Positions 1 through 9,346 of a stretch of DNA of 32,000 bases are shown one piece after another. The position numbers and the translations under genes were made by a program. The notes under the pieces are model-generated. The model was not told where the DNA came from. It was given only the letters and a program-made list of their open reading frames with translations, and did no database searches. Origin of the DNA: Pseudodesulfovibrio mercurii (GTDB lineage Bacteria; Desulfobacterota; Desulfovibrionia; Desulfovibrionales; Desulfovibrionaceae); contig NC_016803.1 of the NCBI RefSeq assembly GCF_000189295.2, forward strand, positions 3,180,001-3,212,000, read 5' to 3'. Position 1 is the first letter of the stretch. Each line of letters opens with the position of its first letter.

Positions 1-1
1 T

Positions 2-466
2 CCGGATTGGTATGGTTATTGTTTGGATGATCCGGTCAATGCCAACGATCCGACAGGACTGCTGCCGTTTCTTCTGCCCTTTGCGGCAGGCATGGCAGGT
101 GCGACCGCCATCAGCGCCACCGGATCGTACTTGGCGGCCAAGGCCACAGATTGGTTTGGCAAAAAGACCGACAAGGATTACGGCAAGGGCAAGCCGACGG
201 CCACCGAGGGCGTCCATGATGCCATGGGCAAGGTTATCGGGATCAACTCCGGCATTGTCGGAGCGGCAGGTGCGGCAAAGGCGGCTCCCGCGGCTGCGGC
301 GGCCGCGATGCAGCATCCGGATAAACTTGCTGCGGGTTCAAAAGCGGCAGCGGACTTTGCTTCCGGTGCATTCGATAAAGGGCCGGCACCCATGACCCGG
401 GCGGGTGCTGCAGGTGCAGCTGCTAGAGCTGGATATGACTGGTATAAAGAGAAATATGGAAGATGA
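2..466 (+). CDS. RHS-repeat protein, C-terminal end (5' part lies outside the window): end of the RHS core followed by a ~134-aa Gly/Ala-rich variable tail in the toxin position
   Basis: Frame 2 is open from the window edge. The translation PDWYGYCLDDPVNANDPTGL matches the conserved end of the RHS repeat-associated core (DPxGL), after which polymorphic toxin tails normally begin. Stop TGA at 464-466. I recognise no catalytic motif in the tail. Confidence 0.7.
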   Translation, partial: PDWYGYCLDDPVNANDPTGLLPFLLPFAAGMAGATAISATGSYLAAKATDWFGKKTDKDYGKGKPTATEGVHDAMGKVIGINSGIVGAAGAAKAAPAAAAAAMQHPDKLAAGSKAAADFASGAFDKGPAPMTRAGAAGAAARAGYDWYKEKYGR

Positions 467-698
467 TATGAGGATAAAAGCGTGGGAAGTATTCATGGGG
501 ATTGTCATGACCGCTCATGGAGTCGGCATGATAGTAACCAAAGACTTCAGCTTCAAGGGATGGCCCATCCCTTCCTGGGCGGCTTACGCTTACGCCGCAG
601 TAGGTATATCGATAATTCCTCTTGCATGGTTTCTACGTCGTCCCACGAAGCATGACGAGGGGAAGTTCGATGATGGAAAAGGAAGAAATGAGGATTAA
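456..698 (+). CDS. small two-helix membrane protein, candidate immunity protein 1 for the RHS tail
   Basis: Possible starts are ATG 468 (MRIKAWEV..., 2 nt after the RHS stop) or ATG 456. Two hydrophobic segments (VFMGIVMTAHGVGMIV and AAYAYAAVGISIIPLAWFL). GC is visibly lower than in the flanks. Paralogous to the next ORF. Confidence 0.5.
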   Translation: MEDDMRIKAWEVFMGIVMTAHGVGMIVTKDFSFKGWPIPSWAAYAYAAVGISIIPLAWFLRRPTKHDEGKFDDGKGRNED

Positions 699-882
699 GC
701 CAGCAGAGCTAGCCGTGGGGATTATACTGGTCTCTATGGGCATGATGGGCATGGGCGAAAAGGAATTGTTTCATTACGATGTTCCTATCCCATACCCGGA
801 AGTCTTCAGCGCCGCTTGCCTGATTGCCGGGATTGTTTGGCTTGTGGTCCCCTGGTACCTGCGATCCCGGAAAAAACAATAA
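670..882 (+). CDS. small two-helix membrane protein, candidate immunity protein 2 (paralog of the previous ORF)
   Basis: Possible starts are ATG 670, 673 or 688 (MRIKPAEL...), overlapping the end of the previous ORF. Shares MRIK, G-rich helix 1, the PIP motif and W(F/Y)LR with ORF 456-698. Low GC. Confidence 0.5.
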   Translation: MMEKEEMRIKPAELAVGIILVSMGMMGMGEKELFHYDVPIPYPEVFSAACLIAGIVWLVVPWYLRSRKKQ

Positions 883-954
883 CGACTGCGGGGAGTTCCA
901 ACGGAATAGATCGTTGGGATGCCTCCAATCTCGGCGTACTGACGTATTGCGCAA

Positions 955-977
955 GGGCTGCTGCGGCAGCCCTTTTT
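955..977 (+). terminator. rho-independent terminator after the RHS/immunity module
   Basis: Stem gggctgc (955-961) / gcagccc (966-972), 4-nt loop, T5 run at 973-977. Confidence 0.6.
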
Positions 978-1267
978 CTGCGCCCCACTTGCCCGCATGG
1001 GGAAAATCCGTTTTCGCGAGCCCATCGGACCTGGCCGCCTGACCGGCTTGGGCCGCGAAATGCGGAATCCGTCATTTCCGGTCCTGCGGCCGTGGCCGCC
1101 GGGGGGGGCGGCGTGGCCGAAATTGTTGCGTGTGTGACGGAAGTGGACTATCAGGTGACGACGAAATGCGGGTTGCTGGAAATCCGGGCCGATACGCGCG
1201 AGGAGGGGTTCCGGCGACGGGCGGCCGTGGGGGATTTCCCGTCCCGAACGCCCTGGAGGGGTATATC

Positions 1268-2224
1268 ATGAAACGCATTATGATGATGGTCTGCGCGCTG
1301 GCGCTCTGTGCTTCCACCGCCTTCGCCGGTACGCCGGTGAAGGTCGCCCACGCCACCTGGGTCGGCTACGGGCCGCTGTATATCGCCAAGGAACTCGGCT
1401 ACTTCGAAAAGGAAGGCCTGGACGTGGACCTGGTCATCATCGAGGATGAGGCCCAGTATGCCGCGGCGCTCGCCTCGGGCAACATCGACGGCCTGGGCAA
1501 CGTGCTCGACCGCGAGGTCATCCACTACGCCAAGGGCACCCCCGAGGTCGTCATCTTCGGCATGGACGAGTCCACCGGCGGCGACGGCGTGGTCGCCTCG
1601 GGCGAGATCAAGACCGTGGCCGACCTCAAGGGCAAGACCGTGGGGCTGGACAAGTCCTCCACCTCCTATTTCTTTTTCCTGTCCATCCTGGCCAAGAACG
1701 GCGTGGACGAGAAGGACGTCAACATCACCGAGATGGGCGCTTCGGACGCGGGCGCGGCCTTCGTGGCCGGGCGCATCGACGCCGCCGTGACCTGGGAGCC
1801 CTGGCTGACCAATGCGGGCCAGCGCGAGGGCGGCCATGTGCTCGTCTCGTCCAAGGAAATGCCCAAGACCATCGTGGACGTGTTCGTGCTCAACGCCGAC
1901 TACGTCAAGGCGCACCCCGAGGTGCCCGCCAAGATGACCAAGTGCTGGAACCAGGCCATCGCCTGGTACGTGCAGAACCCGGACAAGGGCAACGAGATCA
2001 TGGCCAAGGCCATGGGCCTCGAGACCCAGGAAATGGCCGACATGGCCTCGGGCGTGACCTTCATCGGCCAGGCCGACAACAAGGCGTTCTTCGACAAGTC
2101 CCAGCCCAACAGCGTCTATGAGGTCGCCGAGCGGGCCATCTCCTTCTGGAAGTCCAAGGGCATCATCACCAAGGACGTGTCCGTGGACGCGCTGATCAGC
2201 GCCGACTACGTCAACGCCGAGTAG
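1268..2224 (+). CDS. ABC transporter periplasmic substrate-binding protein, NitT/TauT (NMT1/SsuA-like) family
   Basis: ATG 1268 preceded by GGAGGGG. Sec signal MKRIMMMVCALALCASTAFA|G. WVGYGPLYIAKELGYFEKEGLDV is typical of the nitrate/sulfonate/taurine binding-protein family. The upstream part of ORF 1130-2224 has no signal-peptide logic. Confidence 0.88.
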   Translation: MKRIMMMVCALALCASTAFAGTPVKVAHATWVGYGPLYIAKELGYFEKEGLDVDLVIIEDEAQYAAALASGNIDGLGNVLDREVIHYAKGTPEVVIFGMDESTGGDGVVASGEIKTVADLKGKTVGLDKSSTSYFFFLSILAKNGVDEKDVNITEMGASDAGAAFVAGRIDAAVTWEPWLTNAGQREGGHVLVSSKEMPKTIVDVFVLNADYVKAHPEVPAKMTKCWNQAIAWYVQNPDKGNEIMAKAMGLETQEMADMASGVTFIGQADNKAFFDKSQPNSVYEVAERAISFWKSKGIITKDVSVDALISADYVNAE

Positions 2225-2225
2225 C

Positions 2226-2999
2226 ATGAAACAGGGAAATCCGACCGTGCGGAGAGGGGCGTGGCTGGCTGCCGCGTCCCTGTCCGCCGTTCTCGGCATA
2301 TGGGCGGTCCTGGCCTACTCCGGCTCGGTCAAGCCCCTGTTCCTGCCCGCGCCGCACAAGGTCTTCCTGTCCTTCGGGGAGATGTACCGCGAGGGCATCC
2401 TCTTTTCCTATACCTGGGACAGCGTGTACCGGGTCATGGTCGGCTGGTCCCTGGCGGCCGTGATCGCCGTGCCGCTCGGGCTGCTCATCGCCACGTCCCG
2501 GCGCGCCTCGCACATGGTCGCCCCGGTCATGGAGTTCGCCCGCTACCTGCCCGTGGTCGCCCTGGTCCCGCTGACCCTGCTCTATTTCGGCATCGGCGAC
2601 GCCCAGAAGTTCGCCATCATCTTTCTGGGCACCTTCTTCCAGCTGGTCCTGATGGTCGCGGACAGCGTGGCCACGGTGCCCGCCGACCTGAGCCGGGCCG
2701 CCGCCACCCTGGGGGCCAACCGCCTGCAGACCTACCGGCTGGTCCTGTTCCCCGGCGCGCTGCCGGGCATCATGGACGATCTGCGCATCACCGTGGGCTG
2801 GGCCTGGACCTACCTGGTGGTGGCCGAGCTGGTGGCCGCCAACTCCGGGCTGGGCTACATGATCCTGCGCGCCCAGCGGTTCCTGGCCATCGACCGGATC
2901 TTCGCCGGGCTGATCATCATCGGCGTGCTCGGGCTCTTGACCGACTACCTGTTCAAGCTGCTGACGCGCATCATAACCCCCTGGAGCGAAAAACGATGA
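2226..2999 (+). CDS. ABC transporter permease (NitT/TauT family)
   Basis: Starts 1 nt after the binding-protein stop. Multi-span hydrophobic protein with a binding-protein-dependent transport inner-membrane signature region (AATLGANRLQTYRLVLFPGALP). Confidence 0.9.
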   Translation: MKQGNPTVRRGAWLAAASLSAVLGIWAVLAYSGSVKPLFLPAPHKVFLSFGEMYREGILFSYTWDSVYRVMVGWSLAAVIAVPLGLLIATSRRASHMVAPVMEFARYLPVVALVPLTLLYFGIGDAQKFAIIFLGTFFQLVLMVADSVATVPADLSRAAATLGANRLQTYRLVLFPGALPGIMDDLRITVGWAWTYLVVAELVAANSGLGYMILRAQRFLAIDRIFAGLIIIGVLGLLTDYLFKLLTRIITPWSEKR

Positions 3000-3763
3000 C
3001 CATGCTGTCCATCGACCATCTGGGCAAGGTCTTCGACTCCAACAAGGGGGAGGTGACCGCGCTCGAGGACATCAACCTGACCGTGGACCGGGGCGAGCTG
3101 GCCGTCATCGTCGGGCCGTCCGGCTGCGGCAAGTCCACCCTGCTGAACATCGTGGCCGGGCTGGAACGCGCCACCTCGGGCGCGGCCGTGCTCGAGGGCA
3201 GCCCCATCACCGGGCCGGGCGCGGACAGGGGCATGGTCTTCCAGTCGTACACGCTTTTCCCCTGGCTGACCGTGCGCAAGAACGTGGAGTTCGGCCTGCG
3301 CCTCAAGGGCGTGCCCCCGGCCGAGCGGGCCGAGATCGCCCGCAAGTACATCAACCTGGTGAACCTGTCCGAGTTCGAGAACGCCCTGCCCAAGGAGCTT
3401 TCGGGCGGCATGAAGCAGCGCGTGGCCATCGCCCGCGTGCTGGCCAACAAGCCGGTCATGCTGCTCATGGACGAGCCCTTCGGGGCCCTGGACGCCCAGA
3501 CCCGGCTGCTCCTCCAGGAGCTGCTCCTGGACGTCTGGCGCAAGGAATCGAGCACCATTCTGTTCATCACCCACGACATCGACGAGGCCATCCTGCTGGC
3601 CGACAACGTCTACATCATGTCCAGGCGGCCGGGCCGGATCAAGGCCCGCGTGCCCGTGGACATCCCCCGCCCGCGCGACCACAAGGCCTCGCTGACCCCG
3701 GCGTTTTCGCGGGTCAAGTCGCAGATCATGGACCTCCTCTGGGAGGAGATCGCGGCGGGTTAG
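2996..3763 (+). CDS. ABC transporter ATP-binding protein (NitT/TauT family)
   Basis: ATG 2996 overlaps the permease stop (ATGA). Walker A GPSGCGKST, signature LSGGMKQR, Walker B LLMDEPFGALD. The longer ORF 2261-3763 only reflects an open alternative frame. Confidence 0.92.
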   Translation: MTMLSIDHLGKVFDSNKGEVTALEDINLTVDRGELAVIVGPSGCGKSTLLNIVAGLERATSGAAVLEGSPITGPGADRGMVFQSYTLFPWLTVRKNVEFGLRLKGVPPAERAEIARKYINLVNLSEFENALPKELSGGMKQRVAIARVLANKPVMLLMDEPFGALDAQTRLLLQELLLDVWRKESSTILFITHDIDEAILLADNVYIMSRRPGRIKARVPVDIPRPRDHKASLTPAFSRVKSQIMDLLWEEIAAG

Positions 3764-3788
3764 CCGAAAGCCTTTCAAGACATGATCG

Positions 3789-3813
3789 CCCCGGCCCTGC
3801 GCCGGGGTTTTTT
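3789..3813 (+). terminator. rho-independent terminator of the ABC operon
   Basis: ccccggc (3789-3795) / gccgggg (3801-3807), 5-nt loop, T6 run at 3808-3813. Confidence 0.75.
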
Positions 3814-3964
3814 GTGACTGTTCCCCGCGGACCTCCGGGCCCGCCCTTGCGCGGGCGTGATGAGCACCCGCGTGCCGTTCTGTCGCCCCCCCTTGGGACG
3901 GAGGGGCAGCCTTCCGCGATGCCCGCCGTCTCGGGAACCAGGACCGACGGGTCGGCTGCGGACG

Positions 3965-4000
3965 AAAAAAAGGCCGCGCCCCGGATGTCGGGACGCGGCC
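3965..4000 (-). terminator. rho-independent terminator of the RND pump operon
   Basis: On the minus strand: ggccgcg...cgcggcc hairpin (3972-4000) followed by a T7 run (A-run 3965-3971 on the plus strand), 24 nt after the pump stop. Confidence 0.7.
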
Positions 4001-4023
4001 GTGTTGTGCGTGGTGCGGGGCGG

Positions 4024-7000
4024 CTAGGCCGCGCCGTCCGGGTTGACCGGCTTGGTCGGCCTGGCCGGTTCGAGGTCGTCGTCGAAGTGCACGGCGGGCT
4101 TGAACTTGAAGACCTTGCGCAGGGCCACGTAGAGCATGGGGATGAAGAAGATGCCCAGGATGGTGGCCGCGATCATGCCGCCCATGACGCCGATGCCCAC
4201 GGAGTTCTGCGCGCCGGAGCCCGCGCCCGAGGCCACGGCCAGGGGGGTCACGCCGAGGATGAAGGCGAACGAGGTCATCAGGATGGGGCGCAGCCTGAGC
4301 CGCGCGGCGGTCAGGGTGGCCTCGATGACCCCGGCCCCGTGTTCCTGCTGAGCCACGGCGAACTCCACGATGAGGATGGCGTTCTTGGCGGCCAGGCCGA
4401 TGGTGGTCAGCAGGCCGACCTTGAAGTAGACGTCGTTGCTCTGGCCGAACAGGGTGGCCGCCAGCAGCGCGCCGAAGATGCCCACGGGCACCGACAGGAT
4501 GACCGCGAACGGGATGGACCAGCTCTCGTACAGCGCCGCCAGGCAGAGGAAGACCACCAGGATGGACAGGGCGTAGAGGGGCGCTGCCTGGTTGCCGGAC
4601 AGCTCCTCCTGGGCCGACAGGCCGGTCCACTGGAGGTTGAAGCCCGCGGGCAGTTCGCCGATGATCCGGGCGACCTCCTTCATGGCGTCGCCGGAGCTGA
4701 CCCCCTGGGCCGCCTGGCCCTGGATCTCCACGGCGGACGAGCCGTTGTAGCGCTCCAGCCGGGGGGAGTCGTAGGTCCACCGGCCCGAGGCGAAGGAGGC
4801 GAACGGGACCATGCCGCCCGTGTCGTTGCGCACGAACCAGCGGTTCACGTCGCTCGGCTGCATGCGGAACTGGGCCTCGGCCTGGAGGTACACGGGCTTG
4901 ACCCGGCCCCGGTCGATGAAGTCGTTGACGTAGTCGCTGCCCCAGGCCGTGGACAGGGTGGTGTTGATGTTCGCGAAGGAGAGCCCCAGGGCGCTTGCCT
5001 TCTCCTGGTCGATGTCGATGTGGTACTGCGGCTGGTCCTCCTGGCCGTTGGGCCGGGTGTTGGACAGCAGCGGGCTCTGGGCGGCCAGGGCCAGGAACTG
5101 GTTGCGCACCTGCATGAGCTTCTGGTGCCCGGCGCCGTTGATATCCTGGAGGTAGAAGTCGAAGCCGTTGGACGTGCCCATGCCGTGAATGGCGGGCGGG
5201 GCCAGGGCGAAGATGCGCGCCTCGCGCATCTGGGAGAAGGCGCCCATGGCGCGGCCCGCCACGGCCTGGGCCGACAGGCCCGGCTCGTGCCGTTCCTCGA
5301 AGGGCTTGAGCCGGATGAAGGCGATGCCCACGTTCTGGCCCGCGCCGCTGAAGCTGAAGCCCACGGTGGTGAAGACGCCCTCCACGGCCTCTTTCTCATG
5401 ATTCAGGAAATAACTCGAGACCTTGTCCATGACCCGCTGGGTGCGTTCCTGGGTGGCCCCCACCGGGAGCTGGACGCTGGCGATGAGGATGCCCTGGTCC
5501 TCCATGGGCAGGAACGAGCTGGGCAGCTTGGCGAACATCCAGCTCATGGCCGCGATGAGGAGCAGGAAGACGATCAGGAGGCGGCCGGTGCGGCGCAGTA
5601 TCCAGGCCGTGCCGTCGTGGTAGGCGTCGGTGGAGCGGTCGAACCAGCGGTTGAACCAGCGGAAGCAACACAACGGCTTGTGGTGGTTCACGGGACGCAG
5701 GATGGAGGCGCACAGGGCCGGGGTCAGGATCAGGGCCACCAGGACCGAGAGGATCATGGCCGAGACGATGGTCAGGGAGAACTGGCGGTAGATGACGCCC
5801 ACGGACCCGCCGAAGAAGGCCATGGGCACGAAGACCGCGGACAGGACCGTGGCGATGCCCACCAGGGCCCCGGAGATCTCCTTCATGGACTTGCGCGTGG
5901 CCTCGCGCGGGCTCAGCCCCTCGGTGGCCATGACGCGCTCCACGTTCTCGACGACCACGATGGCGTCGTCAACGAGCAGGCCGATGGCCAGGACCATGGC
6001 GAACATGGTCAGGGTGTTGATGGAGTAGCCCGCGATGGAGAGCACGGCGAAGGTGCCGAGCAGGACCACGGGCACGGCGATGGTCGGGATGAAGGTGGCC
6101 CGGATGTTCTGCAGGAAGATGAGCATGACCAGGAAGACCAGGATGATGGCCTCGATCAGGGTCTCGATCACGTCGGAGATGGACAGCTTGACGAACGGGG
6201 TGGTGTCGTAGGGGTAGACCACCTTGATGCTTCGGGGGAAGGTGGGCGAGAGCTTGGCGATGGCCGCTTCCACGGCCTCGGCGGTCTGGATGGCGTTGGC
6301 CCCGGTGGCCAGCTTGATGGCCAGGCCCGCGGAGGGCATGGTGCCGTTGTACAGGCCGTTGGTGGTGTAGCTCTCGGCCCCGAGTTCGACCTCGGCCACG
6401 TCCGACAGGCGGACGATGGAGCCGTTGGCCGAACTCTTGATGATGATGTTGCGGAACTGCTCGGGGGTCTGCAACCGGCTGCGCGCGGTGATGGTGGCGT
6501 TGAGCTGCTGGCCCTTGACCGAGGGCAGGCCGCCGAGCTGTCCGGCGGAAATCTGGGTGTTCTGGGCCTGGATGGCCGCGGCCACGTCGCCGGGCATGAG
6601 CGAGTACCCGGCCAGCTTGTCCGGGTTGAGCCAGATGCGCATGGCGTAGGCCGAGGCGAAGAGCTGGGTGTCGCCCACGCCCTCCACTCGCTTGAGGGTG
6701 TCGTTCAGGGAGCTGTCCACGTAGTCGGCGATGTCCACCGAGGACATGCTCCCGTCCGTGGACACGAAGCCGATGACCATCAGGAAGCTGGCCGAGGACT
6801 TGGTCACGCTGACGCCGTTGCTCTCGACCACGTCGGGCAGCTGGGAGGTGACCTGCTGGAGCTTGTTCTGGACCTGCATCTGGGCCACGTCGGGGTTGGC
6901 CGCGTTGGTGAAGGTCAGGGTGATGTCGGACTGGCCCGTGGAGGTGGACGTGGAGGTCATGTAGTCCAGGTTGTCGATACCGGTCATGCCCTGCTCGATG

Positions 7001-7191
7001 ACCTTGGTCACCGAGTTCTCCACGGTCTTGGCGTCCGCGCCGGGGTAGTTGCAGCTGACACGCACCGAGGTGGGCGCGATGTCCGGGTACTGGGAGATGG
7101 ACAGGGTGTCGAGGGCCAGCAGGCCCGCGAGCATGATGACGATGGCGATGACCCAGGCGAAGATGGGCCGCTTGATGAAGAATTCGGACAT
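4024..7191 (-). CDS. RND multidrug efflux permease, HAE1 (AcrB/MexB-like) family
   Basis: 1055 aa. The N-terminus [27 protein letters not shown]...[11 protein letters not shown] is the canonical AcrB-family start. 12-TM/large-loop architecture is evident. Confidence 0.95.
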   Translation of the reverse strand: MSEFFIKRPIFAWVIAIVIMLAGLLALDTLSISQYPDIAPTSVRVSCNYPGADAKTVENSVTKVIEQGMTGIDNLDYMTSTSTSTGQSDITLTFTNAANPDVAQMQVQNKLQQVTSQLPDVVESNGVSVTKSSASFLMVIGFVSTDGSMSSVDIADYVDSSLNDTLKRVEGVGDTQLFASAYAMRIWLNPDKLAGYSLMPGDVAAAIQAQNTQISAGQLGGLPSVKGQQLNATITARSRLQTPEQFRNIIIKSSANGSIVRLSDVAEVELGAESYTTNGLYNGTMPSAGLAIKLATGANAIQTAEAVEAAIAKLSPTFPRSIKVVYPYDTTPFVKLSISDVIETLIEAIILVFLVMLIFLQNIRATFIPTIAVPVVLLGTFAVLSIAGYSINTLTMFAMVLAIGLLVDDAIVVVENVERVMATEGLSPREATRKSMKEISGALVGIATVLSAVFVPMAFFGGSVGVIYRQFSLTIVSAMILSVLVALILTPALCASILRPVNHHKPLCCFRWFNRWFDRSTDAYHDGTAWILRRTGRLLIVFLLLIAAMSWMFAKLPSSFLPMEDQGILIASVQLPVGATQERTQRVMDKVSSYFLNHEKEAVEGVFTTVGFSFSGAGQNVGIAFIRLKPFEERHEPGLSAQAVAGRAMGAFSQMREARIFALAPPAIHGMGTSNGFDFYLQDINGAGHQKLMQVRNQFLALAAQSPLLSNTRPNGQEDQPQYHIDIDQEKASALGLSFANINTTLSTAWGSDYVNDFIDRGRVKPVYLQAEAQFRMQPSDVNRWFVRNDTGGMVPFASFASGRWTYDSPRLERYNGSSAVEIQGQAAQGVSSGDAMKEVARIIGELPAGFNLQWTGLSAQEELSGNQAAPLYALSILVVFLCLAALYESWSIPFAVILSVPVGIFGALLAATLFGQSNDVYFKVGLLTTIGLAAKNAILIVEFAVAQQEHGAGVIEATLTAARLRLRPILMTSFAFILGVTPLAVASGAGSGAQNSVGIGVMGGMIAATILGIFFIPMLYVALRKVFKFKPAVHFDDDLEPARPTKPVNPDGAA

Positions 7192-7198
7192 GATCGGG

Positions 7199-8443
7199 CT
7201 AGCCTTCCGCTCCTGCGCCCTGGGCGGGCTGTGCGTCCTGCACGGGCTTGACCTCGCCGGTCGCGTCCTCCACCGTCATTTCCTTGGTGGTCACCACCTG
7301 GCCGGCGCGCACGAACTGGGAGCCTTCGACCACGAGCTTGTCGCCGTCGCCGATGCCGGACTCCACCAGCCAGGAGTTGCCCACGTTGCGGCTGACCGAC
7401 AGGACCCGCTCCTCGACCTTGTTGTCCTGGCCCACGAACATGGCCACGGGCTGTCCCTTGGTGTTCCGGCTGACCGCCCGCTGGGGGACCAGGTAGCTGT
7501 TGTCGATCACGCCTTCCTCGATGATGGCGCGGACGTACATGCCGGGCAGGAGCAGCCGGTCCGGGTTGGGGAACTCGGCGCGCACGGTGAAGGTGCCGGT
7601 GGACTCGTCCACCTTGGTCTCGGAGAACTCCAGGGAGCCGGGGTGGGAATAGATGGTCCCGTTTTCGAGCTTCAGTTTCACCGCCATGATCGTGCCGGAC
7701 ACGTGGATGCGCCCGGAGGCGATGGCCTGACGCAGGTTGAGCAGGCTGGTGCTCGACTGGGTCATGTCCACGTTGATGGGATCGAGCCGCCGGATGGTGG
7801 TCAGCGGGACGCTCTGGTTGGCCGTGACCAGCGCGCCGGGCGTGAGGTCGGACTTCTCGATGCGGCCGCTGATGGGGGCCTTGATCTCGGTGTAGCCGAG
7901 GTTGATGCGGGCGCGCTCCACTTCGGCCTTGGCCGAGGCCACGGCGGCCAGGTCGGACTCGTAGATGGCCCTGGCGTCCTCGTAGTCCTGGGAGCTGATG
8001 GCCTTGTCCTTGATCAGCTCGGAGTAGCGCTTGGCCTTGTTCTCGGAGCTGGGCAGGGCGGCCTGGGCCTTTTTCAGGGTGGCCACGGCGCTGTCGTAGA
8101 CCGCGCGGTAGGAGGACGGCTCGATGCGGTAGAGCACGTCCCCGGCCTTGACCTCGCTGCCCTCGCGGAAGAGTCGCTCGCGGATGATGCCGTCCACCTG
8201 CGGGCGGACGTCGGCCACGAGCGAGGCCGTGGTCCGGCCGGGCAGTTCGGTGGTCAGGTGCACGGACTGCGGGTGCAGGATTTCCACGCCGATCTCAACC
8301 GGAGCCCGGTTGGCCTTGGCCTCGGGAGTCTTGTCCTCGCAGCCCGCCAGGCCGGTCAGGACCAGGAGGCAGAAGAGGACCAGCGGCACGGTCGCGGCGC
8401 GGCCCGTTGCAAAGTGGAAATGGCTGTGGGACAGGATCTGCAA
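7199..8443 (-). CDS. RND efflux periplasmic adaptor (membrane fusion protein, AcrA/MexA-like lipoprotein)
   Basis: Ends 7 nt upstream of the pump start. Lipobox LTGLAGC. Coiled-coil/barrel-sandwich motifs present. I place the start at TTG 8443 because AAGGAGG lies 8 nt upstream; the alternative ATG 8479 has no SD. Confidence 0.88.
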   Translation of the reverse strand: MQILSHSHFHFATGRAATVPLVLFCLLVLTGLAGCEDKTPEAKANRAPVEIGVEILHPQSVHLTTELPGRTTASLVADVRPQVDGIIRERLFREGSEVKAGDVLYRIEPSSYRAVYDSAVATLKKAQAALPSSENKAKRYSELIKDKAISSQDYEDARAIYESDLAAVASAKAEVERARINLGYTEIKAPISGRIEKSDLTPGALVTANQSVPLTTIRRLDPINVDMTQSSTSLLNLRQAIASGRIHVSGTIMAVKLKLENGTIYSHPGSLEFSETKVDESTGTFTVRAEFPNPDRLLLPGMYVRAIIEEGVIDNSYLVPQRAVSRNTKGQPVAMFVGQDNKVEERVLSVSRNVGNSWLVESGIGDGDKLVVEGSQFVRAGQVVTTKEMTVEDATGEVKPVQDAQPAQGAGAEG

Positions 8444-8566
8444 TGCGGATTCCTCCTTGACGCTTGGAAGCGGGATCATTTACGGTACCAGGCAGTACTC
8501 ATAAGGATGACGGGCTCTGCTGTCAATCCGGTAAATTGTGAAAATATGTTAAACGGAGGAAGCCGG
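8444..8566. promoter_or_regulatory. divergent promoter/operator region between the RND operon and its TetR regulator
   Basis: Divergent gene arrangement. Imperfect inverted repeat catttacgg (about 8476-8485) / ccggtaaattg (about 8527-8537) is a candidate operator. No promoter hexamers confidently identified. Confidence 0.3.
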
Positions 8567-9220
8567 GTGGGAACGGATGTCAAGGCCAGACGCGGCCGCC
8601 CCAAGACCGTGCCCGACGCGGAGCGCCGTCGGCAGATTGTCCAGGCGGCGGAAAAGCTTTTCGTGCGCAAGGGGTTCGCCGGTACCTGCACCAGAGAGAT
8701 CGCGGCCTGCTGCCGAATTTCCAAGCAGACCCTGTACCGCCTTTTCCCCGGCAAGCTCGACCTGTTTGCGGCCGTGGTCGAATCCCACCGCCTGAAGATG
8801 ATCGACTTCGGGGACGGGTACGACGACCTCCCCCTGGACCAGGCCCTGGCGCGCATGTTCATGATCGACATCGATCAGCAGAATTACGAAATCCGCGCGG
8901 CGTTCCTGCGCACCGCCAACATCGAGTCCCTGCAGCACCCCCAGATCCGGGACATCCTGCGCCGCCACGGAGGGCACCGCAACCGCATGGAACTCAAGGA
9001 GTGGCTGGACCGGCAATGCCGCAAGGGGCGGCTGGCCATCCAGAACACGGACAACGCCGCCCACATGCTCCTGGACGTGTTCACCGGCGCGGTCATCTTC
9101 GACGCCCTGGGCGGGTTCAGCTGGAGCGACCGCGAGGAGCGCATCGCCCACTTCCGCCAGTGCATCGCCATATTTCTGGAAGGGGCCCTGCCCGCCGGGA
9201 AGCGCGCCGCCGACGACTGA
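8567..9220 (+). CDS. TetR/AcrR family transcriptional regulator
   Basis: N-terminal HTH region RRGRPKTVPDAERRRQIVQAAEKLFVRKGFAGTCTREIAACCRISKQTLYRLF. GTG 8567 has GGAGGA 6 nt upstream; the alternative ATG is at 8546. The rest of ORF 7049-9220 is antisense to the adaptor gene. Confidence 0.88.
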   Translation: MGTDVKARRGRPKTVPDAERRRQIVQAAEKLFVRKGFAGTCTREIAACCRISKQTLYRLFPGKLDLFAAVVESHRLKMIDFGDGYDDLPLDQALARMFMIDIDQQNYEIRAAFLRTANIESLQHPQIRDILRRHGGHRNRMELKEWLDRQCRKGRLAIQNTDNAAHMLLDVFTGAVIFDALGGFSWSDREERIAHFRQCIAIFLEGALPAGKRAADD

Positions 9221-9346
9221 TCCGCCGCCCGCCGACCGGGGCCGCTTTCGCCTTTACTCCCGCCGGAATTGCGGTATGTTGGGATCAAACGAGAATCATT
9301 CCGGGTTCGCCCGGCGCGAACCCCGACAACCCAGCGCGAGACTTTC

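Noticed and set aside
1000-1267. Possible riboswitch or sigma-54 promoter in the 290-bp leader of the ABC operon
   Set aside because: I could not match any riboswitch core (TPP, ZTP, glycine, cobalamin, SAM) by eye. The TGGCC...TTGC element at about 1114-1129 has a GG-to-GC spacing one nucleotide longer than the -24/-12 consensus. An Infernal scan would be needed to revisit this.
2261-2995. N-terminal 245 codons of ORF 2261-3763
   Set aside because: It is an out-of-frame overlap with the well-supported permease gene and is Pro/Arg/Gly-rich. The ATPase homology begins only at ATG 2996, which overlaps the permease stop.
3814-7251. 1145-aa ORF on the plus strand
   Set aside because: It is exactly antisense to the clearly recognisable AcrB-like pump. 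Its translation is low-complexity (G/D/H/R/A-rich) with no motifs. Long open antisense frames are expected in high-GC DNA.
7049-8545. Upstream part of ORF 7049-9220
   Set aside because: It is antisense to the RND adaptor gene. TetR homology starts only around 8546-8567.
9303-9323. 8-bp-stem hairpin gggttcgc/gcgaaccc between tetR and the DUF853 gene
   Set aside because: It has no U-tract and no further context. It could be a weak terminator or leader structure, but I cannot support a call.
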